Source: Eledone cirrhosa (taxonomy: Eukaryota). Taken from it: 64,000 nucleotides of DNA. Below the pieces are notes generated by a model. That model saw nothing but the letters and a program-made list of their open reading frames with translations. It did no database searches and had not been told where the DNA came from. Within the stretch, counting starts at the first letter, position 1, and each line of letters starts with the position of its first letter. Below are positions 40,916 to 54,915 of this stretch, one piece after another. The stretch is taken from contig OZ024745.1 of NCBI GenBank assembly GCA_964016885.1, forward strand, positions 51,274,001-51,338,000, written 5' to 3'. Made by a program: the position numbers and the translations under genes.

Positions 40916-41218
40916 CACATATATATATATATATAGAATTCACAAGAATGAAAGCTATGTTCAAAGCATTTATTCATTTACAATTGATTCTTCCAAACCT
41001 AGGCTTTGAGTCTTCGGAGCATTTTTCAATGTTTGTACATATAATTGACCTCCTATCCAACGCAAGAGACATAAGATACATATATATGTATATTGATGTA
41101 CAGTGGAGTGACATATATTATACTACACTATATTTGTACAGCAATTCAAATTCAAAACCAAAATCAAAATTAAAATTAAAATTAAAATACATTCGGCAGG
41201 AAAAAAAAAAATATCAAG

Positions 41219-42870
41219 GAAAGCAAAAATAAAATATTTATTCAGTTTGATATCAATTCATACTACACCTCTATTTCCCCTATCCTGTTAAATAAGGCAC
41301 TAATTATGGCCATGAACAATAGTGACCTGACTAGACCCCAGATTGATGTCATACTTGCTGCCCGTAAAACCGTAATCACTTTTGAAGATCAGTTATGGAC
41401 CCGCAAGTATACGCATAACAACTTTGACATAACCATGGGATCTAGTGATTTTGTGGGCCTATACCTACTAAACGAAATCCATAAGGACCTACCATACCTC
41501 AACGGTGGTTTGTACCGCGATGATGCACTACTCCTTATAGACTATAACAAATTTTATATAGAAAGAACTAGGAAACTATTGCATAAGACGTTCAAAAACT
41601 ATAACCTAAGTATCACCATAGACAAAAACACTAAAACGTTAACTTCCTTGATGCCACCCTTTACCTAGACTCTAAAATATATACACCATTCCATAAACAC
41701 AACGAAAAACTAATTTACGTAGATACCAAGTCTAACCACCCTAGCTCAATATTAAACTCTATCTCTAATCTATCTTATGACGAAATTATATTTAGCAAAA
41801 ACTCAAAATACTATAATCAGGCATTAGCTAGATCAGGCCATAATAATGAGATCGAGTTCCTACCTATAAAAACACATAGTTACAACATTATTTCTCACAA
41901 TATGTCCATGAGGAAAAATAGTAATAAGAGTAATAACCACACACACACTAATACGAAGGGTAACAACAAACGTAACTCACACCAGAGGAGACACCAACAT
42001 GCCATAAACGGAAACACCTCAACAGATATAAAAAACAAAAATAGAAGAACTAATACATTTTTCAACGCCCCTGTCAATCTAAACGTCTCTACCAACCTAC
42101 CTAAGGCTTTCTTCTCACTCCTGGATAAAAAATTCCCATCTGGCCACAAGTACCATAGTCTTATAAATAAAAACACCATTAAAATCTCCTACTCTACCAC
42201 GCCTAACAAAGCACAACACAGCTAGTAGCAATAAAAGAAAGATTAATACTTACTTTCAACAAGCTAAAACACAGCAGGTGGTAAACTTTCAAAACAACGT
42301 AATATCTGCAAACGCTGATATCAATAGTAATAATAGTAATAACACTAATGAAATCAATAACATTGGGAGCGACAACCCCCATAGCCAGAATGCAATACCT
42401 AGCAACCAGACTTCTACACAACATAATAACCGACAGGTTAACATACAAAATAATTGTAACTGTAGATCTAATAGAACCTGTCCTTTAGATAAAAACTGCT
42501 TAATCAAGGACATCATCTACTCATGCACGGTCAGAACTAGCAACTCTTCTGACACCTATATAGGCTCTACTTTGAACTGCTTCAAAACCAGACACAATTC
42601 ACATCTCCATTCTTTCAAAAAACACCGTCTAGCCAACTCCACTTCACTATCTAGCTACATACACTATCTGAAAACTAGAAATAGATCATATACACCTCAA
42701 TGGGAAGTGATAGGTAAGGCGGCATCGTACAGACCACCTAATAAATTTTGTAACCTCTGTCTACTAGAGACCCATACTATAATCTTCTCGAACCTTAACC
42801 TCCTCAATAAAAAATCGGAGTGTTTGCGTCGTGCCAGCACCGCTTCCGGCACTCCTTCCAAAACTTTAAA
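41219..42870 (+). pseudogene. PLE RT / GIY-YIG endonuclease ORF, frameshifted
   Basis: RT motifs FDINSYY, FDITMGS, GLYRDDAL, SNHP. Endonuclease motifs CNCRSNRTCPL (CxCx5C), IIY...YIGST..FKTR..H, CNLCLLE, LLNKKSE, then SCQHR after a shift. Confidence 0.85.
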
Positions 42871-44303
42871 CCCAATATATAACAATGTCAGATTTGAACC
42901 CATCACCGCTTCTAACACCACACCTCAAGGGTATGCCTTACACCACTACACCACACTCTCTGATCCACCCTTCCCTCGACACAAATCATTCTATCTATCT
43001 ATAACTTTATACCCTAGAAATATCCCCATAAACACCAACTTTTAATATAATTACTTTCAATTACTTATAATTATATAGTGATAGAAATATAATACAGTCT
43101 ATATAAACTTTAAATACTAGATACGGCAGTGAATTATATATGCAATTGTAATTAAATGTATGAAGTAATAACATTAGATATATATAGGATTAATTTATTA
43201 ACACGAGGGATCTGTCTAAGTTATATGTAGGGTGGTGCAATGAATTATATATGAATTATATATGCATGTATAGCTTGATGGATAGATTAATGACATTGTA
43301 AATGAGGGATGTATTTGTCTACCCAAGAGATGTATTTGATTTTGTCATGCAAACAGCCGTATGCTGCCCCCTCTGATATGTTTTGAGTGTAGACTGTATT
43401 TACAGTGAACTTTGATATAACGATATGGCATTTTGTATGGAAAATTCAATTATAGCACTATATAATAAAGAGTAATCAACTTCCTAAAGATACCTTTAAT
43501 ACATTATGATAGAATAGACTGTATTTAAAATTGAAAATTAGATATAAATATATAACCTTTTATATAAGGGACTCAATTGAGGCACCATATAATGTATGTT
43601 AGAACAATGAATTTAGTTATGAGAATCAGCTAGTTACCTCCCCTTACGCATTAACTCCCCTTAGTTACACACCTACTCCCGGGTAATAAAGCACTGTAAA
43701 TTCTCGCAGCAGAAAGAACCTATTCTATAAATATGGATTAAATAACACTGAGCCTCAATAGGCTACAATAATTTAATGCATCAAACATTCAATACGGAAT
43801 CATCGTAACTTATGTGATGGATGTAAAAACTATATCTTCTTTTTTCTGAATGTGAAAATGGTGGTGGATGCGAAAACTTTCTTTTTCTTTTTCTTTTTCT
43901 TTTTCTGCACACATAGTTTTTTGATCTATACAAAAAATACCCTACCACTACAACCACCATAATTCTCTTGCTTACCCGCTTAAAGTGCTTGCATTACATG
44001 TAACACCTTGCCACACAATAATCGTATATAAATGACACACACTTGCATGCTCCATGTGTAACTAACGCATACACTACCTACTTGATCTGACTATCAAACT
44101 ATTCTCTTGCATTATCTGTGTTATCTGCCGAATGTATTTTAATTTTAATTTTAATTTGATTTTGATTTTGAATTTGAATTGCTGTACAATTATAGTATAG
44201 TATAATATATGTCACTCCACTGTACATCAATATATATATATATGTATCTGTATGTCTCTTGCGTTGGATAGGAGGTCAATTATATGTACAAATATTGAAA
44301 AAT

Positions 44304-44348
44304 GCTCCGAAGATTCCAAGCCTAGGTTTGGATGAAACAATTGTAAGT
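44304..44348 (+). ncRNA. Minimal hammerhead-like motif in the PLE pseudo-LTR
   Basis: gct-CCGAAGA-t-tccaagcctaggtttgga-t-GAAAC-aatt-GTA-agt. The core has C in place of the usual U4. Confidence 0.5.
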
Positions 44349-44526
44349 GAATAAATGCTTTGAACATAGCTTTGATTCTTTGGAATTCTCTATAACTGCT
44401 CGGTAGAACAACTGATGTTATTACATTGAGCTATTTATCTTACTGGTAATAAGGTAGTAATAAATTACTGACCTTCCCTGTTTATAGTTTAAAATATACA
44501 TAACTATAAATAGTAACCTTAACATT

Positions 44527-44559
<33 letters not shown>

Positions 44560-44568
<9 letters not shown>

Positions 44569-45391
44569 TGTTGGTAGCCAGTAGTGGGGTCGGAGGATAA
44601 AGGGCGGTAAAAAAGGTTATTGTGAAGCTGGCGGAGAGCCTCAGCCCTATAGAGGTCAGCGCTCCAAACCACCACAGCGCCACCTTTGTCAGCGGGTTTG
44701 ATAACAATGTCATCGCGACGCCGGAGGTTGCGAAGAGCGAAGAGCTCAGTTCGCGTGATGTTAGAGCGCGAGAATGCTGGTGGAAACGGAACCGATTCAC
44801 AGTAAGCCGGCAAGTATCCAAAAAGGAGTCGAGGGTGCTAAAATGGCCAGAGCTCGGCGTCCAATGTGATTGCCGGTGACTGAGACGAGCGAAGTCATCC
44901 GTCTGTGTCGATGATGGCGTGTCGTGAAAAAAAGCTTTCAGCTTTAATCGACGGAAGAACCCTTCAATCTCGGCACGTATGCGGAACTCGTCGCAGGTAG
45001 ATGTGGTTGGTATAAAATGCAAACCCTGAGCGAGGAGGGAGCGCTCAGCTTCGGAGAGTGGTAGGTCCTGGGGTGTGGTAACTACAGTGCAGGGACTTAA
45101 GGGAGTGAAAGAGGCGGAGGGGTCAAGGTGGCTGGAACAAAGCGTGTGCAGCTCCTGGTTCGCAGTTCCTTTTCGTCCTCTCCCATCATTCCACCTGTCT
45201 TTCATCCTTGTTCCCGTTCCCGCTGCAACACTTGTCCCTTTATTTCCACCCTCACCACTCTTAGAGGCTCTAATGGGTCTTTCCGTTCTGATGAAGGACT
45301 AGCGTTAGGACCCTCTTCCTGCTCTATCAAGCGTTAACCCAATATATACCTTCCATATACTGTACCGATTGTGTTGTTATTTCTGTTTACG

Positions 45392-45400
<9 letters not shown>
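44560..45400 (-). mobile_element. Rearranged Neptune-like Penelope element fragment
   Basis: Minus strand LSEAERSLLAQGLHFIPT, FFRRLKLKAFF, DDIVIKPADKGGAVVV. Plus strand PCSRSRCNTCPFI Cys linker and CTGATGAAGG near 45288. Confidence 0.8.
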
Positions 45401-45477
<77 letters not shown>

Positions 45478-46332
45478 GAAAAGAGTCAGGACCCCGAGTG
45501 CCGAGCTCCGGCTGTCTCGACAGCTAGATCCGAACTAAGCCACTCGTATTAGGTTCTAATACTGCTGGCTTCTAAGTTTCGAGTACTTTGATGAGTTATG
45601 GTCCAGCTGGTATCTTACGACACCTTTGTTTTAAATATATATATATAAGGCGAATACACTATATGAATACAGTGTGTTTTGAATTAATATCATTGCATTA
45701 TATATTCCTCTGGTCTATATCTTGATGTAAATACTAATGGAAATTACAACGGAACGTGTTTCCTGATTTGTAGAAGCAATTAGATATGAGGGTAATCGAT
45801 GGAAACCCCATCATCTGTTCTGTGCATACACACTCCTAATGGACATTAATATTTTTTTTCTCTGCTCATTATATTTAAGTATTGCAATTCTGAATGTCAG
45901 CAGCCTCTCCGAGGAAGAAGCCCCGCGTGGTGGGGTGGCTATTGCAGCAGGTGTCGCTGGCCCTTGTCCGCGGAAATTCTTTCACAGTTTTCTCCGCGGG
46001 GCGCAGCCCCAATACCGCCACGCCCTATACCTAGAGCCCATCACTATCTCTGTTTTCCGTCCCATTCTTCTGTAACCCTAGAGCCGTTGACTTCCTCTCA
46101 TTTTTCATTTTTAAATATCTGTAGTGTTGTCATTTGAAATAGATTTGTTTACGACTTTTTTTAATTTTTATTAATAAAACCTTTTTACATTATGCTGTCA
46201 TTTAGGTAGAACTATTTTTTGGCTGACTATTTCAGTTAATTGGTGAGTCGCACCCCAAATCTTGAGCCAGTATTGATATCAGGATTTGGGGTCTATTTCA
46301 GAAACACCTGAGTACCTACATGAGAGCCTATC

Positions 46333-46363
<31 letters not shown>

Positions 46364-46454
46364 CAATAAAAATAGGAGGCCATATGTCTGTGTGTGTGTA
46401 TGTGTGAAAACATTTACCAGCTATGTGATTGCGTATGTGCATCAATCTCTTTAT

Positions 46455-46494
<40 letters not shown>

Positions 46495-47047
46495 GCACAT
46501 ACGCAACCACACATACAGCGGGTAACACACATTAATTATAAATGCAAATACGTAAATATTCAGCCGACCATATGATACATACACACACAAGCGCACAAAG
46601 ATAAATATATATCAACACAATGATGTCCATGCAGAGAGAAAAATAAGGCATAGACTTCAATAACAATATGAAAAAACAACAATAATAGTAAACACTTAAA
46701 AAACTAAGAAAACATAACTTAGATACACAGACAGCGAAACATACAAATTAGAAAAAACTTGAAAATTTAAGAAATGCAGCAACACAGTATCTATTTATTC
46801 AGTATTGATCGACTTGCTGTTACAAACCTTCTGAAGTTTGGCGTTTATCCAAATGGTGTTTAGAATATTCATGGGATATAATTTTAGTGGTTGGTAGTCT
46901 GTGGGGGAGATAGATTGTTTCACCATTCTAAATTTCTTTCCCTAGGGACTGACTGGGAAGATAGTAATCACCGCTTGCTTAACCATTCGTGAAGCTTCAG
47001 CGCATTATTGTCTTGCAATTAATTCCACATAATCGATTGGTTAGTTC

Positions 47048-47100
<53 letters not shown>

Positions 47101-47464
47101 GTGTGTATTTATATATATATATATGTATATATATGTATTTATATATATATATATATTTATATATATATAAATTTGTGTGTGTGTGTGTCTCCATGCGAGG
47201 GAGGTGTGTGCGTGTACGGTGGTGGTGTTGGTGGTGATAGTGAATTCTATTCTTCGAGTTGTAAAATATCTATCTATCTTACCGTCTGTTTAGATACTTG
47301 TTTATCGACTGGTCTCCTTCACCGTGTCTCATCTTATTCTCTCTCCCACTCACACATATAAACTTACTCACGCACCTACAGGTACAAACACACAAAATAC
47401 GACACAAGCACAAGTTTGTGAGCGCCCACCTGTATATATACACTATACACACACACACACACAG

Positions 47465-47565
<101 letters not shown>

Positions 47566-48132
47566 TCGCAGCAAAAGTGAGATGTTCTCAAATACTACCG
47601 AAGGTAAATATAGGTACATTCGATAACCATTCTTTCCGGTGATATTTCATACAGTCGTTTGTCACGGTACCAACTGATCTCCAATTCGTTGTCAATAGAT
47701 GAATTCCTCGATTAGACGAATTAATATGTACCATTTAAATATCAATATACACAAATATAACAAATAATTCCTATCTATCTAAGTAACTTAACGTAATAGA
47801 TTTTAACTTAATAGATCACCCTGACCTTACGACATGAGATATCTTGCTTTTATTCGTATATAAAGACACTCATCTTCAGCTCCATTGAATTTACAGTCTC
47901 TTGGTTGACATTTATAAGCAGGTTGTACGGATATTTTTCTCTTCACATACTGGCTGAAAATGTGATTAATCTCCAAAAGAAAAAGCGACCTAGGAAAGTA
48001 TATACATACACATATTCTTAATAACACTATGTGCAAGATTCCTCCTTTTCTTTTATTGATTACACCATTGATAATTCCCCTTTCTAATTAATACATTATC
48101 GAAGACTACTCTCAGTGAATACCTCCTCCTCC

Positions 48133-48990
48133 TTCTTCTTCTTCTTCTTCTTCTTCTTCTTCTTCTTCTTCTTCTTCTTCTTCTTCTTCTTCTTCTTCTT
48201 CTTCTTCTTCTTCTTCTTCTTCTTCTTCTTCTTCTTCTTCTTCTTCTTCTTCTTCTTCTTCTTCTTCTTCTTCTTCTTCTTCTTTTTCTTCTTCTTCTTC
48301 TTCTTCTTCTTCTTCTAGCAAAACCAGCCGTGTTCATAGATGTTATCCAACCATCTTGCTCGGGGTCTAACACTGGTTCTCCTGCCGGTAGGTTTTGTCA
48401 ATAAAATCTGTACAGTGATTTTCTCACGAGACATTCTAAGCACATATTGGAGCTGCGTTCTGTCTATTCGGAGAAGTAGCGGTTCTACCTGATATCCAAG
48501 CTACCCACTCTATCGAGTAACATTACTCCAAATACCCCTCGGAGGTACCCTCTTTCGGCGGCTAGTATTCGAAATCGTATTCTTTCGGTCATCACTGAAG
48601 ATTCATGCCCATGTGTAAAGGTTAGCACAAATACCGAATTGAAACGAGTCTGGCTTCTACATCTACCTCACTTCTGATTACTGAATGTTGAAGCTGACTC
48701 ATTAGTGCATCAGCTCCTGCAATTCTCGAACTAAATGCATCCCCCTGCAATCCATCACTCTTGAAGACGACTTCGAGGTACTTGAAATCTCCACCTGCTT
48801 CAGTGGAGCTCCATTCATATGGAGAGTGCTCGTCGCAGGCTTACTTGAGAAAACGAGCGTCTCCGTCTTCGCAGCTCTTTAATCGTTCTTGTGACCTCGG
48901 CCGCCAAGAGATTAGTCATCGCTCCCAGATGCACCTGGGGTACACCAGAAGAAGTTGTAATCGGGTTTAGATCAGCAAACTATTTTCTTC
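48133..48990 (-). mobile_element. RTE-like LINE 3' fragment with a long (GAA)n tail
   Basis: Minus strand VEISSTSKSSS is a frameshifted form of KQVE.FKYLEVVFKSDG. Homologous to 8240-8600. (TTC)n at 48133-48316. Confidence 0.6.
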
Positions 48991-49577
48991 ACCTTTTGAG
49001 GATGAACCTCTCGCTGAATAACTAAACAAGCAATAACAATTAAGATGAGCTCTGCGAAATTCACATTTGTCGTGTTAGCACTCATACACACACTGCCACA
49101 TACCCCCCCCCCCCCAAAAAAAAAATCAACTAATACTTTGCGGCATTTTTGTCCAGTACTCCGTGTTTTGAATTCAAATGCCACAAAAGTTAACTTCTAT
49201 CCTCCTTCCAAAGCCGGTATACAACTTACCAATCCATGGGCGTAGGAAGGAAAGAGAACCTTTACATTTTTGCCTGGAGTTTCGAGCGACATGAGGATAA
49301 ACAATGTGAAAAATGAATTGAAACAGTTTCCTTGGCACATGTTGCAGATTCGGCTGGCTTCTGATAGATTATTTTCATCATGTTTGTATTTCATATTGTG
49401 TGGTTGACTGGACTTCTGAGAGCATTGGAATACAATGTCATATGTGTAACTCATACATTTACAATGCTCATCTTTATATAAACATAGTTACAGATATACC
49501 TACACAAATAGATTCATACTTACCTGTATATTAGCGTCTATATTTATAAATAGAAACTTGATATAAGCACACAGGCA

Positions 49578-49646
<69 letters not shown>

Positions 49647-49663
49647 GTCTATCTTATCTATTT

Positions 49664-50938
49664 TATAGAGTCCGCCATCTACTACCGCTTGACCGTCGTG
49701 CCTTGTCCAGCCAAAACGCTCGCCAAAATGGAGCGCGCGCTCTTCCGATTCCTTTGGAAGAGGCGGGCTCCTTTGGTGAGAAGATCCATCTGCTGCCAAC
49801 ACCCTTCTAACGGAGGGCTGGGGATGCCGTGGTTGACGATGCGCAAACACGCGCTCAGGCTGCGGCATCTCTACGTATTCCTCACCGGACAACCGGTGTG
49901 GGCCCCGTTCGTGAGGCGAGCCTTCCCACGACTCATCTCGCTGACCGAGCTGCAGTCCTGGGTCAAGCAGAGACCGAGGAAAATGGGCGACTGGCACATC
50001 GAATGTGCTCAGGCGCTCACAGCCCTCTGGCAGGCGGACCCGGCGATCAGTGGAGACTCCACTTCGTCATTCTATAGAGGGTTGGTCCGCAGCAAGTGCG
50101 ACGACGCGCTCAGTGAAACTCTAGGCGTAGAGGAAGATGAACTGGCCAGTCTGTTCGGTAGGACCTTCCACCCGGGACCGATGGACAACTTCCAAAAGTC
50201 CCTGGCCTGGCAGTGCTACCGAGGAGCTCTACCAGTTCGAGACAAGCTCTACAGACATGGGCGCCCGGGCAGGGACCCTGCAAAAAAGATCTGTCCGAGG
50301 TGCGTGCGAGACGAAGAAACCGTCGCGCACGCATTCATACACTGCCCGGGCGTCACTGACCTGTGGAGCTATGTAGAACGATTATTGTCGCGGGTGGGAC
50401 CAATCCAGTTGACGACCGAGTCCATTGTCATGATCAAACCGCCACCCTCCTTCAAAAACGAAGGAGAGGCGGTTTTCCTTTGTGTGATAGCTATGGCGAA
50501 AGAGGTTGTATGGTGGACAAGGTTGAAAGGGCTGAGGTCAGACACCTTTCTCTCCGGCCAACAACTGATTATTTTTTTCAAATACCACTTTGGAAGAAGA
50601 ATCAGGATGGAGAGAGAGGTGCTGTACCCCAGCAAGTTTTATGAAAGGTGGGTGAAAGTGGCGAGAATGGCCCGAGTGAATGGGCCTTCTCTCTATATCA
50701 GCCTGTAGGTTGAGGAAAAGGAGGAGGAGAGGAAAGGAGTACAAGCTCTTCGTACTCCTGGAGATGAGGGTTGCACATTTTTTTTTCGGGGGTATGTGTT
50801 ACCCATATAAACTGTCTCCCTCTATTGGGGAAAATCGACTAACTTTTAAATTCCATCTGTGATAACATTTTACACGTTTTTATTGTATGTAAACTTCCCC
50901 CTTTGTATTTGTCCCCTTCTTTTGTGCCCCTGTGGCTA
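49664..50938 (+). mobile_element. 5'-truncated Tx1 subfamily B copy
   Basis: Follows (CTAT)n at 49578-49652. Open ORF2 C-terminus at 49689-50708. The 3' UTR is cut just before AATAAA. Confidence 0.92.
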
Positions 50939-51899
50939 GGCACTCACGGCTCTCTGGCAGGCGGACCCGGCTGTCAGTGGAGAATCCACCTCGTCATTCT
51001 ATAGAGGGCTGGTGATTAGCAGGTGCGACGACGCCCTCGGAGAAGCCCTAGGCATGGAGGAAGACGAACTGGCCAACCTGTTCGGTAGGACATTCAGCCC
51101 GGGACCCATGGATAACTTCCAGAGGTCCCTGGCCTGGCGATGCTACAGAAGGGCTCTGCCCGTTCGAGAAAGTCTCTACAGACACGGGCGCCCGGGTAGG
51201 GACCCATCGAAAAAGATCTGTCCCAGATGCGTGTGCGACGAGGAAACCGTTGCACACGCATTGGTACACTGCTCGGGCATTGCCGATCTGTGGGGTTATG
51301 TCGAACAACTTCTGTCAAGGGTGGGACCAATCCGGTTGACCACCGAGTCTATTGTAACGATCAAGCCGCCTCCCCTCTTCAAAAACGAAGGATAGGCGGT
51401 GTTTCTGTGCGTAATAACCATGGCGAAAGAGGTTGTATGGTGGACGCGTCTGAAAGGACTGAGGTCAGACACCTTTCTCTCTGGCCAACAACTGGTCCGT
51501 TTCTTCCGATATCATTTCGGAAGAAGGATCAGGATGGAGAGAGAGGTGCTGCACCCCAGCCGTTTCTATGAAAGATGGGTGAAAGTGGCGAGAATGGCCC
51601 GTGTGAATGGACCTTCACTCTACATCAGACTATAGGTGAGGAAGATGAAAGACCAAGGGAGCACCCCTTCTCTGTGCTCCTGAGGAGAAGGGTTGCACAC
51701 TTTTTTCGGGGGTGTGTGCGACCCCCCAAGGCGCCTCCTCTCTATTGAGGACTTTGTTATAAATTTTATTTTTTGTTATATTTTATTTTATTTTTATATA
51801 TTGTTATTGCCTCCTCCTTATTGAGGACGCCTTGTTTTGTAAACTCCCCCCATTGTACTTGTCCCACTTTTGATGCCCTGGTGGCAAATAAAAGAAACA

Positions 51900-51900
<1 letters not shown>
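50938..51900 (+). mobile_element. 5'-truncated Tx1 subfamily A copy
   Basis: Near-identical to 18934-19896, with its own nonsense codon at 51393. Followed by (ATCT)n at 51901-51976. Confidence 0.92.
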
Positions 51901-51976
<76 letters not shown>

Positions 51977-52416
51977 CGAAAGAGGTTGTATGGTGGAGAA
52001 GGTTGAAAGGGCTGAGGTCAGACACCTTTCTCTCCGGCCAACTTTTTCAAATACCACTTTGGAAGAAGAATCAGGATGGCGAGAGAGGTGCTGTACCCCA
52101 GCAAGTTTTATGAAAGGAGGGTGAAAGTGGCGAGAATGGCCCGAGTGAATGGGCCTTCTCTCTATATCAGCCTGTAGGTTGAGGAAAAGGAGGAGGAGAG
52201 GAAAGGAGTACAAACTCTTCGTACTCCTGGAGATGAGGGTTGCACATTTTTTCGGGGGTATGTGTTACCCATATAAACTGTCTCCTCCTATTGGGGAAAA
52301 TCGACTAATTTTTTAAATTGCATTTGTGATAACATTTTACACGTTTTTATTGTATGTAAACTTCCCCCTTTGTATTTGTCCCCTTCTTTTGTGCCCCTGT
52401 GGCTAATAAAGAAACA

Positions 52417-52417
<1 letters not shown>
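51977..52417 (+). mobile_element. Tx1 subfamily B 3' fragment, same breakpoints as 19973-20413
   Basis: Same 5' junction ctatctcgaaagagg and the same internal deletion. Followed by (ATCT)n. Confidence 0.9.
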
Positions 52418-52450
<33 letters not shown>

Positions 52451-52454
52451 AATA

Positions 52455-52517
<63 letters not shown>

Positions 52518-52576
52518 ATAGTATGTATGGTATGTATATGTATGTGTATATCTATGTATATATGGCTTTTGTATGT

Positions 52577-52607
<31 letters not shown>

Positions 52608-53826
52608 CATATATATGTGTGTGTGTGGGTGTGTGTGTGTGTGTGTTTGTGTGTGTGTCTGTGTGTGTGTGTTTGTGTTTGTGTGTGTGATTTGATAAAT
52701 GAAAGTATTGTAAATGAACCAATAACCTTCATGAATGAACAACGGTAGTAACATTAGAGAACGAACGTCACAACAATTTCCAACAGTCCATTTGAAGAAC
52801 AATCAACTCTGCGACTAGAATATTTACGGTTCAGTTACACCGATCATCATTTTAATTATTAATCAACCTATGCTTTTTTGAATTACCAAAAAAAGGAAAA
52901 GAAAACAAACGATCTGATAACATATCTCCTGTTTGTCAGATGAACCATGACCCCAAACCGTTACCATATTCACCATAAAACGTATTATCAAACTCATCAT
53001 AACTCTCACAATAATTATATCCATAAACACTACCATAATGGCCTCACTAATCATCAATATATAACGCCATTATAATGATGGCACGAATAAAGTATAATAA
53101 ATATCACCATAATCATCGTAAATTTGAATAGGATAACCAATATGGATGAAGAGAATGACAACTTTGATTACTAAAATTAGTAATCAAATCTTGCTATAAT
53201 CATGAACACACAGTCGCCTTCAAAAGGCGCTATGCTATATAATGTTGAACTCGGTAAAATAGGTTGCGCAAACTACAGTTTGGTCACGAAAAGAACGCAT
53301 TTGTTTTATAGTTCAGCGTGAGCAGAGCCAAACCAAGATTAAAAAAAAGTGTGAATGCAAGTAAAACTTCCAGTATGTAAATATAATTTTCCAGCGTACT
53401 ATTTTATAGCAAATTCATACACTTCTAAGTAAAGTGACAGAAAATGTGTGGAGCAAAAAATGGTTGTACCAATTACGTTTGAGGTAATTATTGTTAATTT
53501 CCATCTTGAGTAGATTATGACACTAATCAAATTCCTGATTCTACTCATCTCTGGATTCAAAGCATGGACCGTTGGAAATGAAAATAAGTCGAAAGCTTCA
53601 CTAAAAACATTCCATTTATCCATCCAGGATGGCATCTCACTAATATCTAAGGTCCAAATGCTGATTTATTATAGGAAAAGCTAGCCTGAAGACCGTAATT
53701 ATTTCATCTACTTTCAAATTAAGAACAGACTAAATGTCTACTACATTGAAGTGGTTAAGTGGTTATTGATTTCTTCGAAACCACTTTAGATTATGATGCA
53801 GAATTACACACACACACACACACACA

Positions 53827-53941
<115 letters not shown>

Positions 53942-53944
53942 CCA

Positions 53945-54018
<74 letters not shown>

Positions 54019-54205
54019 CACTCATACACATACACACACACATACACACACACACAGACACACACACATAACACACACACACTCTCAAACGCACACACAC
54101 ATCTATATATATGCATACACACACACACATACACAAACACATACACACACACATATATATATGTATGTACGTATGAATGTACGCTCACACAAACCCACTG
54201 ACATA

Positions 54206-54243
<38 letters not shown>

Positions 54244-54915
54244 ATAGTAGAGTATACATTTTATGGATTTTATATATAACTATATAACTAAACCCCAATA
54301 TTAATACAGCAGAGGCATGCTTTTAAGCTTTCTGGATCAAAGGTATTTACATACATGAAGACTATACACCAAGCGATTTTAACAACGTTTAAGGTGGTAT
54401 CAACGCTTAGCCTTATATTTTAATGTTTGATTATTTGATCTTGGTATCTTTTGATACGACAATTTTCTGGTAAAATTATGTTATGTTTATATGTACAACA
54501 AATATTGATTTAAAATATTGTTAAAGGACAAACATTGTGTATGGTAAATGTCGGATATTTGATAGAATATAATGCTAGTGTATTTCTAACGGAATTTTAT
54601 AGTCTACTTGACAGTAACTTTAGCTATGTTTACCCCCAATTTACACCCTATAAAAGACAACATATTTAAACGAGTAAATTTGACTGGAACATATATATAT
54701 TCATAATTCTAGTCATCCGATCTGACCTGGGACATTTACTATAGCGGAATGATAAATATGATATTCGTGAACAAATTCACGATGGAATATAAAGGCAACG
54801 AAATAACCCGGCTGTTTCTGCAATCATTTACACACATAGCAAGCAAATTATATAAATAAATAAATAAATAAATAGATAAATAATTATATGTAAAATGATC
54901 AATCATTATAAATAG

